This document shows, in pieces, positions 10,294 through 19,687 of a stretch of DNA of 64,000 nucleotides. A model generated the notes under the pieces. The model was given only the letters and a program-made list of their open reading frames with translations, was not told the origin of the DNA and searched no databases. Origin of the DNA: an uncultured Chloroflexia bacterium. Its GTDB lineage: Bacteria; Chloroflexota; Limnocylindria; Limnocylindrales; CSP1-4. The translations under genes were made by a program, and so were the position numbers. Numbering within the stretch: position 1 is the first letter of the stretch; every line of letters starts with the position of its first letter. The stretch is taken from assembly GCA_963834915.1 (NCBI GenBank), contig CAWIDI010000006.1, positions 84,444 through 148,443 on the forward strand, read 5' to 3'.

Positions 10294-11094
10294 TCACAGG
10301 CGGGAGCGGATCTCCCAGAGGTCGGGGAAGGCCGGGCGGAAGAGCGTCTCGCGCAGGTATTCCACGCCGCTGGACCCGCCGGTCCCGCGCTTCGTGCCGA
10401 TCGTCCGCTCGACCATCTTGACGTGCCGGTAGCGCCATTCCTGGACGCCCTCGTCGAGGTCGACGAGCCGCTCGGCGACGAGCGCCCCATCCGGATCGTC
10501 GTGGTAGACGGCGACCAGGATCTCCTGGACCCGTTCGTCGGGGGCGGTGCCCGCCGACGCCTCCCGGGCGAGGACGTCGTCGGGGATCTCGTGGCCACGC
10601 TCGGACAGGAAGTCGAGGAACGACGCCCAGACCGACGGTGCCGCCTGGGCCGCCTCGATCGCCCGCCGCGCCTCCGACCCCGCGGGCTGCGCGGCCGGCC
10701 CGGCCGGATCGCGCGAGCCGAGCATCGCCTCGATCTCGCGGAAGCCCGCCGACTGGAACCCGGACGCCGAATCGAGCCGGTCGCGGAACGAGAGGAACTG
10801 GAGCGGGGTCATCGTCTCCAGGACGTCCACCTGGGCGACGAGGGTCTTGAGGATCTTGAGCACCCGGTTCAGCAGGTGCAGGGCGCGGTCGGTGTCGCCG
10901 GCTTCCATCGCCCCCTGGATGGCGCGCAGCTCGTGGCGGAGCTGCTTGAACCAGAGCTCGTAGACCTGGTGGATGACGATGAACAGCAGCTCGTCGTGCT
11001 CAGGCCCGTCCGGTCCGCTGGAGCGCTCGACCTGGAGCGAGAGGAGGTCGGCGATCCGGAGGTACGACGCGTAGGTGACGGCTCGACGGGTCAC
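10294..11094 (-). CDS. kynA: Tryptophan 2,3-dioxygenase
   Basis: Last 266 codons of the 889-aa track ORF, from GTG at 11094: YLRIADLLSLQ..HDELLFIVIHQVYELWFKQ..SGFQSAGFREIE..RTIGTKRGTGGSSGVEYL. Confidence 0.9.
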   Translation of the reverse strand: MTRRAVTYASYLRIADLLSLQVERSSGPDGPEHDELLFIVIHQVYELWFKQLRHELRAIQGAMEAGDTDRALHLLNRVLKILKTLVAQVDVLETMTPLQFLSFRDRLDSASGFQSAGFREIEAMLGSRDPAGPAAQPAGSEARRAIEAAQAAPSVWASFLDFLSERGHEIPDDVLAREASAGTAPDERVQEILVAVYHDDPDGALVAERLVDLDEGVQEWRYRHVKMVERTIGTKRGTGGSSGVEYLRETLFRPAFPDLWEIRSRL

Positions 11095-11162
11095 GCCGCC
11101 GATGGTACGCGCCGCCGGCGCCGGCGGCGGACCCGGGCTCGCCACCGGCGACCCGGACGTCG

Positions 11163-11882
11163 TCAGCGGGTCGACGCGAGGATGACCAGGCTCAGGATGT
11201 AGGTGTGCCCGAGCGATCCCCAGACGATCGATCGGGTCCGCCACGCCAGCCAGCCGTAGACGAGCCCGCCGCCGAGCGTCGAGAAGAGCTCGAGCTCGGG
11301 CTTGCCGAGGTGGCCGAAGACGAACGGCATCGTCGCGACCACGACGCCCAGCGGGCCGATCGTCCGGACCAGCGCCAGCATCAGGAAGCCACGCAGCGCG
11401 AACTCGACCGCCGTCAGCTCGATGGCGTTCGTGATGGCGACCTGGGCCGGGGAGCCGGCACTCACCGCGTAATAGGCCTGCGCATCGGGCTGGCCCGCGA
11501 ACCACAGCACGACCGGGGTCATGACGAGGCAGCCGAGCAGGGTGAGCGTCGCGCCCCATCGCCAGTCGCCGAGGGTCACTCCGTAGCGTGACGGCCGGTC
11601 CCGGAAGCCCAGCACGACCACGAGGAGCGGCACGAACCCGAAGAGGATCAGCCGCTCGATCGCGGCGGCGCGGGCCCCGTCGGGCGAGCGGCCGAGGGCC
11701 ACGACCTCCGACGGCATGAACGTCCGCGAGTAATCGAAGAGCAGCGCGAACGTGACGACCGCGATGGCGACGGTCGCACGGACCGGCAGCCGGAGGCCGA
11801 CCAGGTCGACGGTCGCGCGATCCTGATGCGATGCCGGGTACGACGGCGCGGCCGTCAGGGCCAGCCAGGCGCGCCGGATCAC
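11163..11882 (-). CDS. CPBP-family intramembrane glutamic endopeptidase
   Basis: 239 aa polytopic protein with VEFALRGFL, FVFGH and LGHTYIL motifs. Its GTG start overlaps an upstream TGA (GTGA). Confidence 0.85.
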   Translation of the reverse strand: MIRRAWLALTAAPSYPASHQDRATVDLVGLRLPVRATVAIAVVTFALLFDYSRTFMPSEVVALGRSPDGARAAAIERLILFGFVPLLVVVLGFRDRPSRYGVTLGDWRWGATLTLLGCLVMTPVVLWFAGQPDAQAYYAVSAGSPAQVAITNAIELTAVEFALRGFLMLALVRTIGPLGVVVATMPFVFGHLGKPELELFSTLGGGLVYGWLAWRTRSIVWGSLGHTYILSLVILASTR

Positions 11883-12903
11883 CCGCTACCTCGCGCGGCG
11901 ACGTCCTCGGCGTCGGGCCGGGCGAGGCCCGAGTCGGCCAGGGGCACACCTCGTCGGCTGCCGCCATCGCCCGGTCCAGCAGGCCGCTCGCGCCGGCGAT
12001 CCCGGCGAGGATGAGCGCCGCGCCGAGCAGCTCGATCGTCGAGAGCCGCTCGTCCAGGACGACCGCCGCGATGATCGCCGACGACACGGGCGTCAGCAGG
12101 AGCGCCGCCGAGGTCCGACCCGCCGCGACACGCCGGACGCTGCCCATCAGCAGCAGGTTCGCGGTCGAGCTCGCCCCGAACGCGATCGTCAGCAGGGCGA
12201 CGACGGCCGCCGGGTCGGGGTTCGCGGGGAGCAGCGTCCCCGGCGCGCGCAGCCACTCGATGGCGAGCAGGATCGGCCCGCGCGAGACGAGGTTCGCGAT
12301 GGTGATGAGCGTCCCGTCGAGCGCGTACCGCCGCCCCCAGCGACGGGCCAGGACGATGTACAGGCCGAACATGACCGCAGCGGCGCCGCCCATCGCGATG
12401 CCGAGCAGGTTCGCGCCGTTCGGGTCGAAGCCGGCGAGGAGCGCCGTCCCGAGGATCGCCAGCACGAACCCGGCCAGGGCCGCCGGGCGCACGCGCTCCC
12501 CGAGGACCGGGACCGCGAACAGGGCCGCGGCCACCGCGTACAGCGGGGAGATGAAACCGGTGACCGTGGACCCGCTCAGCGCGACCGCGAGGTTGACCGC
12601 CGCGATGAACCCCAGGCCGCCGATCGTGGCCAGGATGCCCAGGCGGACCAGGCTCTCGCGGTTCGCCGCGGCGCGGGTGGGCCGGGGGATCAGCCCGAGG
12701 AGGAGGAGCGCAGCGACGAACGGCAGCGCGATCGTGCAGGCGAGTCCGGCGATCGCCAGCGGGGTGAACGAGCGGAGCGCGATCCCGGTCGCCGGATAGG
12801 CCGCGCCGTAGAGGATGGCCGCCCCGGCCGCGAGGAGCAGCCCCGTGCGCTCGTCACGGATCGGCGGGGAGGTGACCATCGCGAGAGCGTACGCTGCGTC
12901 CAT
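11879..12903 (-). pseudogene. EamA/DMT-family transporter, no in-frame stop as assembled
   Basis: From ATG 12903 the 889-aa ORF encodes 10 TM helices in two EamA repeats. The only plausible stop is the TGA at 11879-11881, coupled GTGA to the CPBP start, and it needs a 1-nt frame change near ~11950. Confidence 0.75.
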
Positions 12904-12928
12904 GGCCGCTGCCTTCCCGTCCGACGGC

Positions 12929-13318
12929 ATGGAACTGACCCACATCCTGGTGGTCGCCGACATCGCGCGGGCACGGACGTTCTATCGCGACGTTCTCGGC
13001 GCGACGGTGGTCCGCGAGTACGGCGGGACCTCGTGCGTGCTGCAGGCATTCGGGACGTGGCTGCTGCTGGTCACCGGCGGCGGCCCGACAGCCGACAAGC
13101 CCGCGGTGACGTTCGCCGAGCCGGCCGATCCCGACACCGTCAGCCATTCGATGACGATCCGGGTGCCGGACGCCCGCGCCGCCCACGCGACCCTGGCCGA
13201 GCGCGGCGCGGTCTTCCTCGCGCCGCTGGCCGAGTCCGAGTGGGAGATCCGCGGCTTCTTCCGCGACCCCGACGGGCACCTGCTGGAGATCAGCGAGGCG
13301 AAGGCCCCGGCCGGATGA
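12929..13318 (+). CDS. VOC (glyoxalase/bleomycin-resistance) family protein
   Basis: MELTHILVVADIARARTFYRDVLGATVV..EIRGFFRDPDGHLLEISE. Alternative start at 12902. Confidence 0.8.
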   Translation: MELTHILVVADIARARTFYRDVLGATVVREYGGTSCVLQAFGTWLLLVTGGGPTADKPAVTFAEPADPDTVSHSMTIRVPDARAAHATLAERGAVFLAPLAESEWEIRGFFRDPDGHLLEISEAKAPAG

Positions 13319-13749
13319 GCGTGGACCCGCTCGGGCCGGAGGCCCTCGACTTCTGGCTCGGCGATTGGGTCGTGTCCTGGGCGGGCGGCGGGCACGGGAC
13401 CAACACGATCCGGCGGATCCTCGACGACCGCGCGATCGAGGAGTCGTTCGAGGGCGCCGACGGGGACGGCACGTTGCTCGGCCGGAGCCTTTCGGTCCGC
13501 GACGCCACGGACGGCGGCTGGCACCAGACCTGGGTCGACTCGAACGGGTCCTATCTGGACTTCGTCGGCATCGAGGCGGACGGCCGCATCGCCTTCCAGC
13601 GGGAGGCCGTGGTGGGTGGCCTGCCCGTCGTCCAGCGGATGGTCTGGCTCGATGTCACGCCGGACGCATTCCGCTGGCAGTGGCAGCGCTCGTCAGACAG
13701 CGGGGTCACCTGGGACGTCGCCTGGGAGATCGACTACCGGCGCGCCTGA
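13315..13749 (+). CDS. Hypothetical protein (Trp/Gly-rich beta protein)
   Basis: 144 codons. The ATG overlaps the VOC stop (ATGA). Sequence ..WLGDWVVSWAGGGHG..WHQTWVDSNGSYLDF... Family not recognised with confidence. Confidence 0.6.
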   Translation: MSVDPLGPEALDFWLGDWVVSWAGGGHGTNTIRRILDDRAIEESFEGADGDGTLLGRSLSVRDATDGGWHQTWVDSNGSYLDFVGIEADGRIAFQREAVVGGLPVVQRMVWLDVTPDAFRWQWQRSSDSGVTWDVAWEIDYRRA

Positions 13750-13764
13750 ACGGGGCCAGGAGGA

Positions 13765-13841
13765 TGGCCCGCCCGGAGGGATTCGAACCCCCGACCTACT
13801 GATCCGAAGTCAGTCGCTCTGATCCACTGAGCTACGGGCGG
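13765..13841 (-). tRNA. tRNA-Arg (anticodon UCG)
   Basis: 77-nt cloverleaf: acceptor CCGCCCG/CGGGCGG, D-arm GCTCAGTGGATCAGAGC, anticodon stem-loop ACTGA-CTTCGGA-TCAGT, T-arm GGGGG-TTCGAAT-CCCTC, encoded CCA. Confidence 0.9.
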
Positions 13842-13969
13842 ACGCCCGCGGATGATACCGCGTCGTCCCCGTCGGACCGACATCCGGAACGGGTGGTCAG
13901 CGGCCATCGTCCCGCTGAATAATGCGAACCCGCCTCCCGATGGCGGCCGAGATCGAAGGAGGACCCTGG

Positions 13970-15196
13970 ATGTCGCACGCTGCTGCCCCGGATCCGGTCG
14001 ACATCCGGCCCTTCCGGGTCGAGGTCCCGCAAGAGGAGATCGACGGGCTCCGAGCTCGCCTGCGCGCGACGCGCTGGCCCGAGAAGGAGACGGTCGCCGA
14101 TCTGACCCAGGGCGTGCCGCTGGCGACGATGCAGGAGCTGGCCCGTTACTGGGCCGACGACTACGACTTCGGGCGGCTCGAGACGCGGATGAACGCCTTC
14201 CCGCAGTTCATGACCGAGATCGACGGCCTCGACATCCACTTCATCCATGCCAGGTCGCCGCACCCGAACGCCCTGCCGTTGATCATCACGCACGGCTGGC
14301 CCGGCTCGGTCATCGAGATGCTCGATGTCATCGGCCCGCTGACCGACCCGACCGCCGACGGCGGCGACCCCGCGGACGCCTTCGACGTGGTCGTCCCGTC
14401 GATGCCCGGCTACGGCTGGTCCGCGAAGCCCACGACCACCGGCTGGGGCCCGGTCCACATCGCCCAGGCCTGGATCGTCCTGATGCGACGGCTGGGCTAC
14501 ACGCGATACGTGGCACAGGGCGGCGACTGGGGCGCCCAGATCACGGACGTCATCGGCGCCACGGCGCCGCCGGAGCTGCTCGGCATCCACTCGAACATGC
14601 CCGGGACCGTGGCGCCCGATGTCTCCCGGGCGCTCACGTCCAACGTCTTCGGGACCGGGCACCCCGCGCCGACCGGCCTGTCCGCGGACGAGCAGCGTGC
14701 CTACGACCGGCTGAGCTTCCTGTTCACGAAGGGCGTCGGCTACGCACTCGAGATGGGCAATCGGCCGCAGACGCTGTACGGGCTCGCCGATTCGCCGGTC
14801 GCCCTCGCCGCCTGGATGCTCGACCACGACGCCTACAGCCTCGAGGACATCGCGGGGGCGTTCGCCGGGCACCCGGTCGGCAACCTCACCCGCGACGAGG
14901 TCCTCGACAACATCACGATGACCTGGGTGACGAACACGGGCGTGTCCTCGGGACGCCTGTACTGGGAGAACACGCTGGGCTTCTTCGACATCAAGGACGT
15001 CAAGGTTCCGGCGGCGGTCAGCGTCTTCCCGCGAGAGCTCTACCAGGCACCGCGGAGCTGGACCGAGCAGGCCTATCCCGACCTGATCTACTTCAACGAG
15101 GTCGCGGAGGGCAACCATTTCGCGGCCTGGCAGGAGCCGGAGCTCTTCACCCGGGAGCTGCGCGCCGCGTTCCGGTCGCTTCGAACCGCACGCTGA
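13970..15196 (+). CDS. Epoxide hydrolase (microsomal-type N-terminal domain + alpha/beta hydrolase)
   Basis: ATG 13970 preceded by GAAGGAGG. IRPFRVEVPQEEIDGLRARL.., ITHGWPGS oxyanion motif, AQGGDWGAQI nucleophile elbow. Confidence 0.9.
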   Translation: MSHAAAPDPVDIRPFRVEVPQEEIDGLRARLRATRWPEKETVADLTQGVPLATMQELARYWADDYDFGRLETRMNAFPQFMTEIDGLDIHFIHARSPHPNALPLIITHGWPGSVIEMLDVIGPLTDPTADGGDPADAFDVVVPSMPGYGWSAKPTTTGWGPVHIAQAWIVLMRRLGYTRYVAQGGDWGAQITDVIGATAPPELLGIHSNMPGTVAPDVSRALTSNVFGTGHPAPTGLSADEQRAYDRLSFLFTKGVGYALEMGNRPQTLYGLADSPVALAAWMLDHDAYSLEDIAGAFAGHPVGNLTRDEVLDNITMTWVTNTGVSSGRLYWENTLGFFDIKDVKVPAAVSVFPRELYQAPRSWTEQAYPDLIYFNEVAEGNHFAAWQEPELFTRELRAAFRSLRTAR

Positions 15197-16261
15197 TGGC
15201 CGACGTCGAGGAGGGCCGGCCAGGCGCGAGCGGCCAGCCGGGCTTGATCCGCTCGATCGCCCATCGCCTGGCGGGCGAGCAGCCCGCCCTGCCGGTCGAG
15301 GGTCGCCTGCCGTCGTTCGACGGCGCCACGGGCTGGCTCAACTCCGCGCCCCTGACGCCCGGAGGGCCTGCGCGGCCGGGTCGTCCTCGTCGACTTCTGG
15401 ACCTACACCTGCGTCAACTGGCTGCGGACGCTGCCCGTACGTCCGGGCGTGGGCGGCGAAGTACGGCGACGCGGGCCTGACGGTCGTCGGCGTCCATACG
15501 CCGGAGTTCGGCTTCGAGCGCGACGTCGACAACATCGTCGCCCAGTCGCGCGCCTTCGGCGTCGAGTACCCGATCGCGATCGACAGCGACTACGGCGTCT
15601 GGCGCGCGTTCGACAACCATTTCTGGCCGGCGGCCTACATCGCCGATGGCGAGGGGCGGATCCGCTTCCACCACTTCGGCGAGGGCGAGTACGCGATGAC
15701 CGAGATGGTCATCCAGCAGCTCCTGCTCGAGAACGGCGGCGGTGGGCATCGACCAGGACCTCGTGGATGTCGAGCCGGTCGGGCTCGAGGTGGCCGCCGA
15801 CTGGCGGACGCTGCAGTCGCCCGAGACGTACACCGGGTACCGCCAGGCCAGCGGCTTCGCGCAGGCGGACGTGGCGCGGTTCGACGAGCCGCACGCCTAC
15901 GACGCGCCCGGGCGGCTGCCGCTCAACGCCTGGGGACTCACGGGGACGTGGACGGTGGCCGCGGCATGCCGCGATCTCGGATGCGCCGGACGCACGGATC
16001 GCGTTCCAGTTCCAGGCGCGCGACGTCAACCTCGTCATGGGGCCGGCGTCGACGGGCGCGTCCGTCCCGTTCCGGGTCTTCCTCGACGGCCAGCCGGCGG
16101 GAGACGCCTTCGGCAACGACGTCGGCGCGGACGGTCGTGGCACCGTCGATGCCCAGCGGACCTACCAGCTGATCCGCCAGCCGGGCGCGATCGCCGAGCG
16201 CCGGTTCGAGATCGAGTTCCTCGGGCCTGGCGTCGAGGCGTACTGCTTCACTTTCGGCTGA
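15196..16261 (+). pseudogene. Thioredoxin-like redoxin with DipZ-type C-terminal domain, four frame breaks
   Basis: The family sequence is recovered only across frames: ..LPSFDGATGWLNSAPLTP | GLRGRVVLVDFWTYTCVNWLRTLP | YVRAWAAKYGDAGLTVVGVHTPEFGFERD..MTEMVIQQLLLENGG | VGIDQDLVDVEP..LNAWGLTGTWTVAA | AISDAPDARIAFQFQARDVNLVMGP..IEFLGPGVEAYCFTFG*. Breaks near 15360, 15435, 15741 and 15966, each a +1 shift. Confidence 0.8.
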
Positions 16262-16306
16262 TCGGGGCCGGCAGGCCTATCGTGGCCGGAAAGGTATCGT
16301 TCGCCC

Positions 16307-17504
16307 ATGCTCAGGATGGCCGTCGGGCACAGTGATGACGTCGACCTCGCGAGCGCGATGGAGGTCGTGCTGGCGCAGTGCGAGACGGGGCTCGCGGGTG
16401 CGACGCCAAAGGCCGGGCTCCTGATGAGCGCGTGGGGGGTCGACCACCAGTTCGCGATCGACCAGGTGCGCGGCCGCTATCCGGGGATCGAGCTTGCGGG
16501 CTCGAGCACCGCGGGCGAGATGTCCTCCGCGCTCGGCTATCGGGAGGACTCGGTCGCCCTCGCGGTGTTCGACGTCGGATTCGATCGACATGGTGGTCGG
16601 GCTCGGGCGGGGCCTGGTCGCGGACTGCCACGCGGCTGCCCGGCAGGCCGTCGCGGAGGCGCTCGCCAAGACGCCGCTCCCACCACGGCTGTGCATCGTG
16701 CTGTCGACGATCGGCGGCGTGGAAGCGAGCGTGATCCTGGGCGCCCTGCGCGCCGCGCTCGGACCGGGCGTCCCGATCCTCGGTGGCGGTGCGGCCCCCG
16801 GTGATCCCAGTGCTGAAGCCGATGGGGCTTCCAGCCGCGAGTTCGCGGGCGACGTCCTCACCGGCGACGCCCTCGCGATCATGCTGTTCGCCGGCCCGCT
16901 GGCGTTCTCGTTCGGTGTGGAGACCGGCTGGCGCGGCGTGGGTCCGCGCGCGACCATCACGAGGGCCTCCGACGCCCGCGTGCTCGACATCGACGGGCGC
17001 CCCGCGCTCGAGTTCTACGAGCGGTACGTCGGCGACGGCGCGCCGCCGATCGCCAACCCGCTGGCGGTCTTCGAGGAGGCGGGCTCGGAGCGCTTCTACC
17101 TCCGGACGCCGATGACCTATGACCGGGACGAGGGGTCGATCGCGTTCTTCGGGGCCATCCCTGAGGGTGCGACCGTCCAGCTGACGATGGCCGGCACCGA
17201 CCAGATCTTCGACGGGGCGCGAGCCTCGTTCGCCGACGCGCTGGCGGGCTTCCCGGAAGGCGCCCGGCCGGACGGCGCGCTGCTCTTCTCGTGCGCCACC
17301 CGCAAGTTCCTGCTCGGGACGAGAGCCGGTCGAGAGATCGAGCTCGCGCGGGAGGTCCTCGGGGAGGCGGTCCCCATCGGCGGCTTCTACTGCATGGGCG
17401 AGATCGCCCCGATGGCGTCCGGCGACGGGACCCGGTTCCACAACGCGACGATGGTGTCGGTGCTGCTGGGATCCCCCGCCCCCGACGGGATGGGATCCGC
17501 TTGA
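16307..17504 (+). pseudogene. FIST_N/FIST_C sensor-domain protein, frame broken once
   Basis: ORF 16307..16804 (MLRMAVGHSDDVDLASAMEVVLAQ..GSSTAGEMSS..SVALAVFD) continues after ~16576 in ORF 16494..17504 (SDSIDMVVGLGRGLV..GAIPEGATVQL..LLFSCATRKFLLG..GFYCMGEIAP). Confidence 0.8.
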
Positions 17505-18298
17505 CCACGGAGCCCGCCGGATCGCGTCCATCCGAGGACCTGGAGAAGGAGAATCTCCGGCTTACCCGACGCCTCCAGCGGCTCGAGGCCAACGTCCGGC
17601 GCCTGGAGGAGTTCCAGGACTCGAACTCGACGCTCGCGTCGCGCCTGCTCACCGAGCTCGAGGAGGAGCGCGCCAAGTCCGAGCGGCTGCTGCTCAACGT
17701 GCTGCCGCAGCGGATCATCGACCGGCTCGAAGCCGGCGAGTCCCTGATCGCCGATGGCCACGACGCGGTCAGCGTGCTGTTCAGCGACATCGTCAGCTTC
17801 ACGGAGACGGCCGCCCGCCTCACGCCCGCGGCGCTGATCGAGGAGATGAACGAGCTCTTCTCCGGCTTCGATGCCATCTGCCTGCGGACCGGCGTCGAGA
17901 AGATCAAGACCATCGGCGACGCCTATCTCGCGGTCGGCGGCCTTGACGGCGGGACGGACCATGCGGCGGCGGTCGCCGAGACGGCGCTGCAGATGGTCGA
18001 GCTGGTCGAGGCGAGGGCGGGCCACGGCGCCGATTGGCGGATCCGGGTCGGCATCCACCTCGGACCGGCGGTCGCCGGCGTGATCGGCACCACCAAGTTC
18101 GCCTACGACGTCTGGGGCGACACCGTGAACGTGGCCGCCCGCCTCGAGGCGACATCCGAGCCGAACCGCGTCCACGTCTCGGACACCCTGGCGGTGATGC
18201 TCGAGGATCGCTACGTCCTGACGCCGCGCGGCACCGTGGAGCTCAAGGGCAAGGGGCTCGTGCGGACCTGCTTCCTCATCGGCCGGCGCGACTCCTGA
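17501..18298 (+). CDS. Class III adenylate/guanylate cyclase with N-terminal coiled-coil signalling helix
   Basis: TTG at 17501 overlaps the FIST stop (TTGA). EDLEKENLRLTRRLQRLEANVRRLEE.. is followed by LFSDIVSFTE, IKTIGDAYLAVGG and RVGIHLGPAVAGVIGTTKFAYDVWGDTVNVAARLE. Confidence 0.85.
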   Translation: MTTEPAGSRPSEDLEKENLRLTRRLQRLEANVRRLEEFQDSNSTLASRLLTELEEERAKSERLLLNVLPQRIIDRLEAGESLIADGHDAVSVLFSDIVSFTETAARLTPAALIEEMNELFSGFDAICLRTGVEKIKTIGDAYLAVGGLDGGTDHAAAVAETALQMVELVEARAGHGADWRIRVGIHLGPAVAGVIGTTKFAYDVWGDTVNVAARLEATSEPNRVHVSDTLAVMLEDRYVLTPRGTVELKGKGLVRTCFLIGRRDS

Positions 18299-18395
18299 GG
18301 GCCGATCTCTCCGTCCCTGGTTCACCGGGCCGACTCGTGGCCACCTGGCATGTAATAATCGATGCGCCGGAGCCGACCAAGTGGAGGGGTGCAGG

Positions 18396-18758
18396 ATGTT
18401 CGAACCGCTCGAAGGACTGCCTCCCGGCGTCATCGGGTTCGAGGCGGTCGGCGACGTCCAGGCGGCCGACTACGAGGACGTCCTGGCGCCGGCGGTCGCC
18501 GCCGCCGCCGCGGCCGGGTCCGTGCGGCTGGTCCTCGTCCTCGGCGAGCGATTCGCCGGATATTCGCTCGGCGCGGTCAGCCAGGACGCCGGCGTCCTGG
18601 CCCACGCCAAACGCTGGGAGCGAACGGCGCTGGTCAGCGACTTCGCCTGGGTGACGCACCTGGCGACGGTCTTCGGTTGGATGGTGCCGGGCCAATTCCG
18701 CAGGTTCACGCTCGCGGAGCGTGTGGCGGCCATCGATTGGGCGGCCGCGGAGGACTGA
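18396..18758 (+). CDS. STAS/SpoIIAA-like (SEC14-like) domain protein
   Basis: ATG 18396 with GGAGG 7 nt upstream. MFEPLEGLPPGVIGFEAVGDVQAADYEDVLAP..RTALVSDFAWV.. is typical of the small SpoIIAA-like family. Confidence 0.65.
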   Translation: MFEPLEGLPPGVIGFEAVGDVQAADYEDVLAPAVAAAAAAGSVRLVLVLGERFAGYSLGAVSQDAGVLAHAKRWERTALVSDFAWVTHLATVFGWMVPGQFRRFTLAERVAAIDWAAAED

Positions 18759-18768
18759 GGGAGCCGTG

Positions 18769-19687
18769 ATGCTCGCGACACCGGCGCCAGGGCTGACCGC
18801 CGAGACCGCCATCCGCACCACTGGGCTGGTCAAGCGGTACGGGTCGCTGCAGGCGGTGCACGGGATCGACCTGACGGTGCCGCGCGGCCAAGTCTTCGGT
18901 TTCGTCGGTCCCAACGGCGCCGGCAAGAGCACGACGATCCGCTGCCTGCTCGACCTGATCCGACCGACCGCCGGAACGATCGAGGTGCTGGGCAGGGATC
19001 CGCGACGAGACGGCACAAGCGTGCGGAGCCGGATCGGCTACGTGCCGGGCGAGCTGCGGCTGCCCGAGCGGACGACCGGGCGGCAGCTCGTCGCTTCGAT
19101 CGCCCGCCTTCGGGGCGCGCCCCCCGGCGATCGACCCGGTGAGATCGCCGGACGACTGCAGATCGACCTCGACCGGCAGGTCCGCGACCTCTCGACCGGG
19201 AACCGTCGCAAGGTGGCGCTCGTGCTCGCATTCGCATGGGATCCCGAGCTGCTCATCCTCGACGAGCCGACGAGCGGGCTGGACCCGCTGATGCAGCACG
19301 AGTTCCTCGCGATGGTCGCGGAGGCACGCGAGCGGGGGGCCACCGTGTTCCTTTCCTCGCACGTCCTGAGCGAGGTCCAGCAGGCCGCCGACCGGGTCGC
19401 CGTGCTGCGGGCGGGCCGCATCGTGGCCGAAGGCACCATGGACGAGCTCCGCCGGCCGCGCCCATCAGCGGATCGAGGTCTGGTTCGCGGCGGATGCGGT
19501 GCCCGACGACGCCCGCGCCATCCCCGGGCTGCTGAAGCCGACGGTCGAGGGCCGTCGCCTGTCAGCGATGCTGTCAGGGCCGATCGATCCGGTCGTCGCC
19601 GCCCTGGGGCGACACCCGCTGTCGAGCCTCGTCATCGAGGAGCCGAACCTGGAGGATGCCTTCCTCGACCTGTATGCCGACCCATGA
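18769..19687 (+). pseudogene. ABC transporter ATP-binding protein, frame broken once
   Basis: Walker A GPNGAGKST, signature LSTGNRRKV, Walker B LLILDEPTSGLD. After ..GTMDELR (~19452) the C-terminus ..HQRIEVWFAADAVPDDARAIPGLL..NLEDAFLDLYADP* is in the +1 frame (ORF 19499..19687). Confidence 0.85.

Noticed and set aside
13832-15118. 428-aa minus-strand ORF
   Set aside because: Antisense shadow of the epoxide hydrolase gene.
13765-16261. Genomic island integrated at tRNA-Arg
   Set aside because: No integrase or recombinase-like translation appears in the neighbouring ORFs, and I saw no obvious repeat of the tRNA 3' end. The flanking genes are ordinary metabolic genes.
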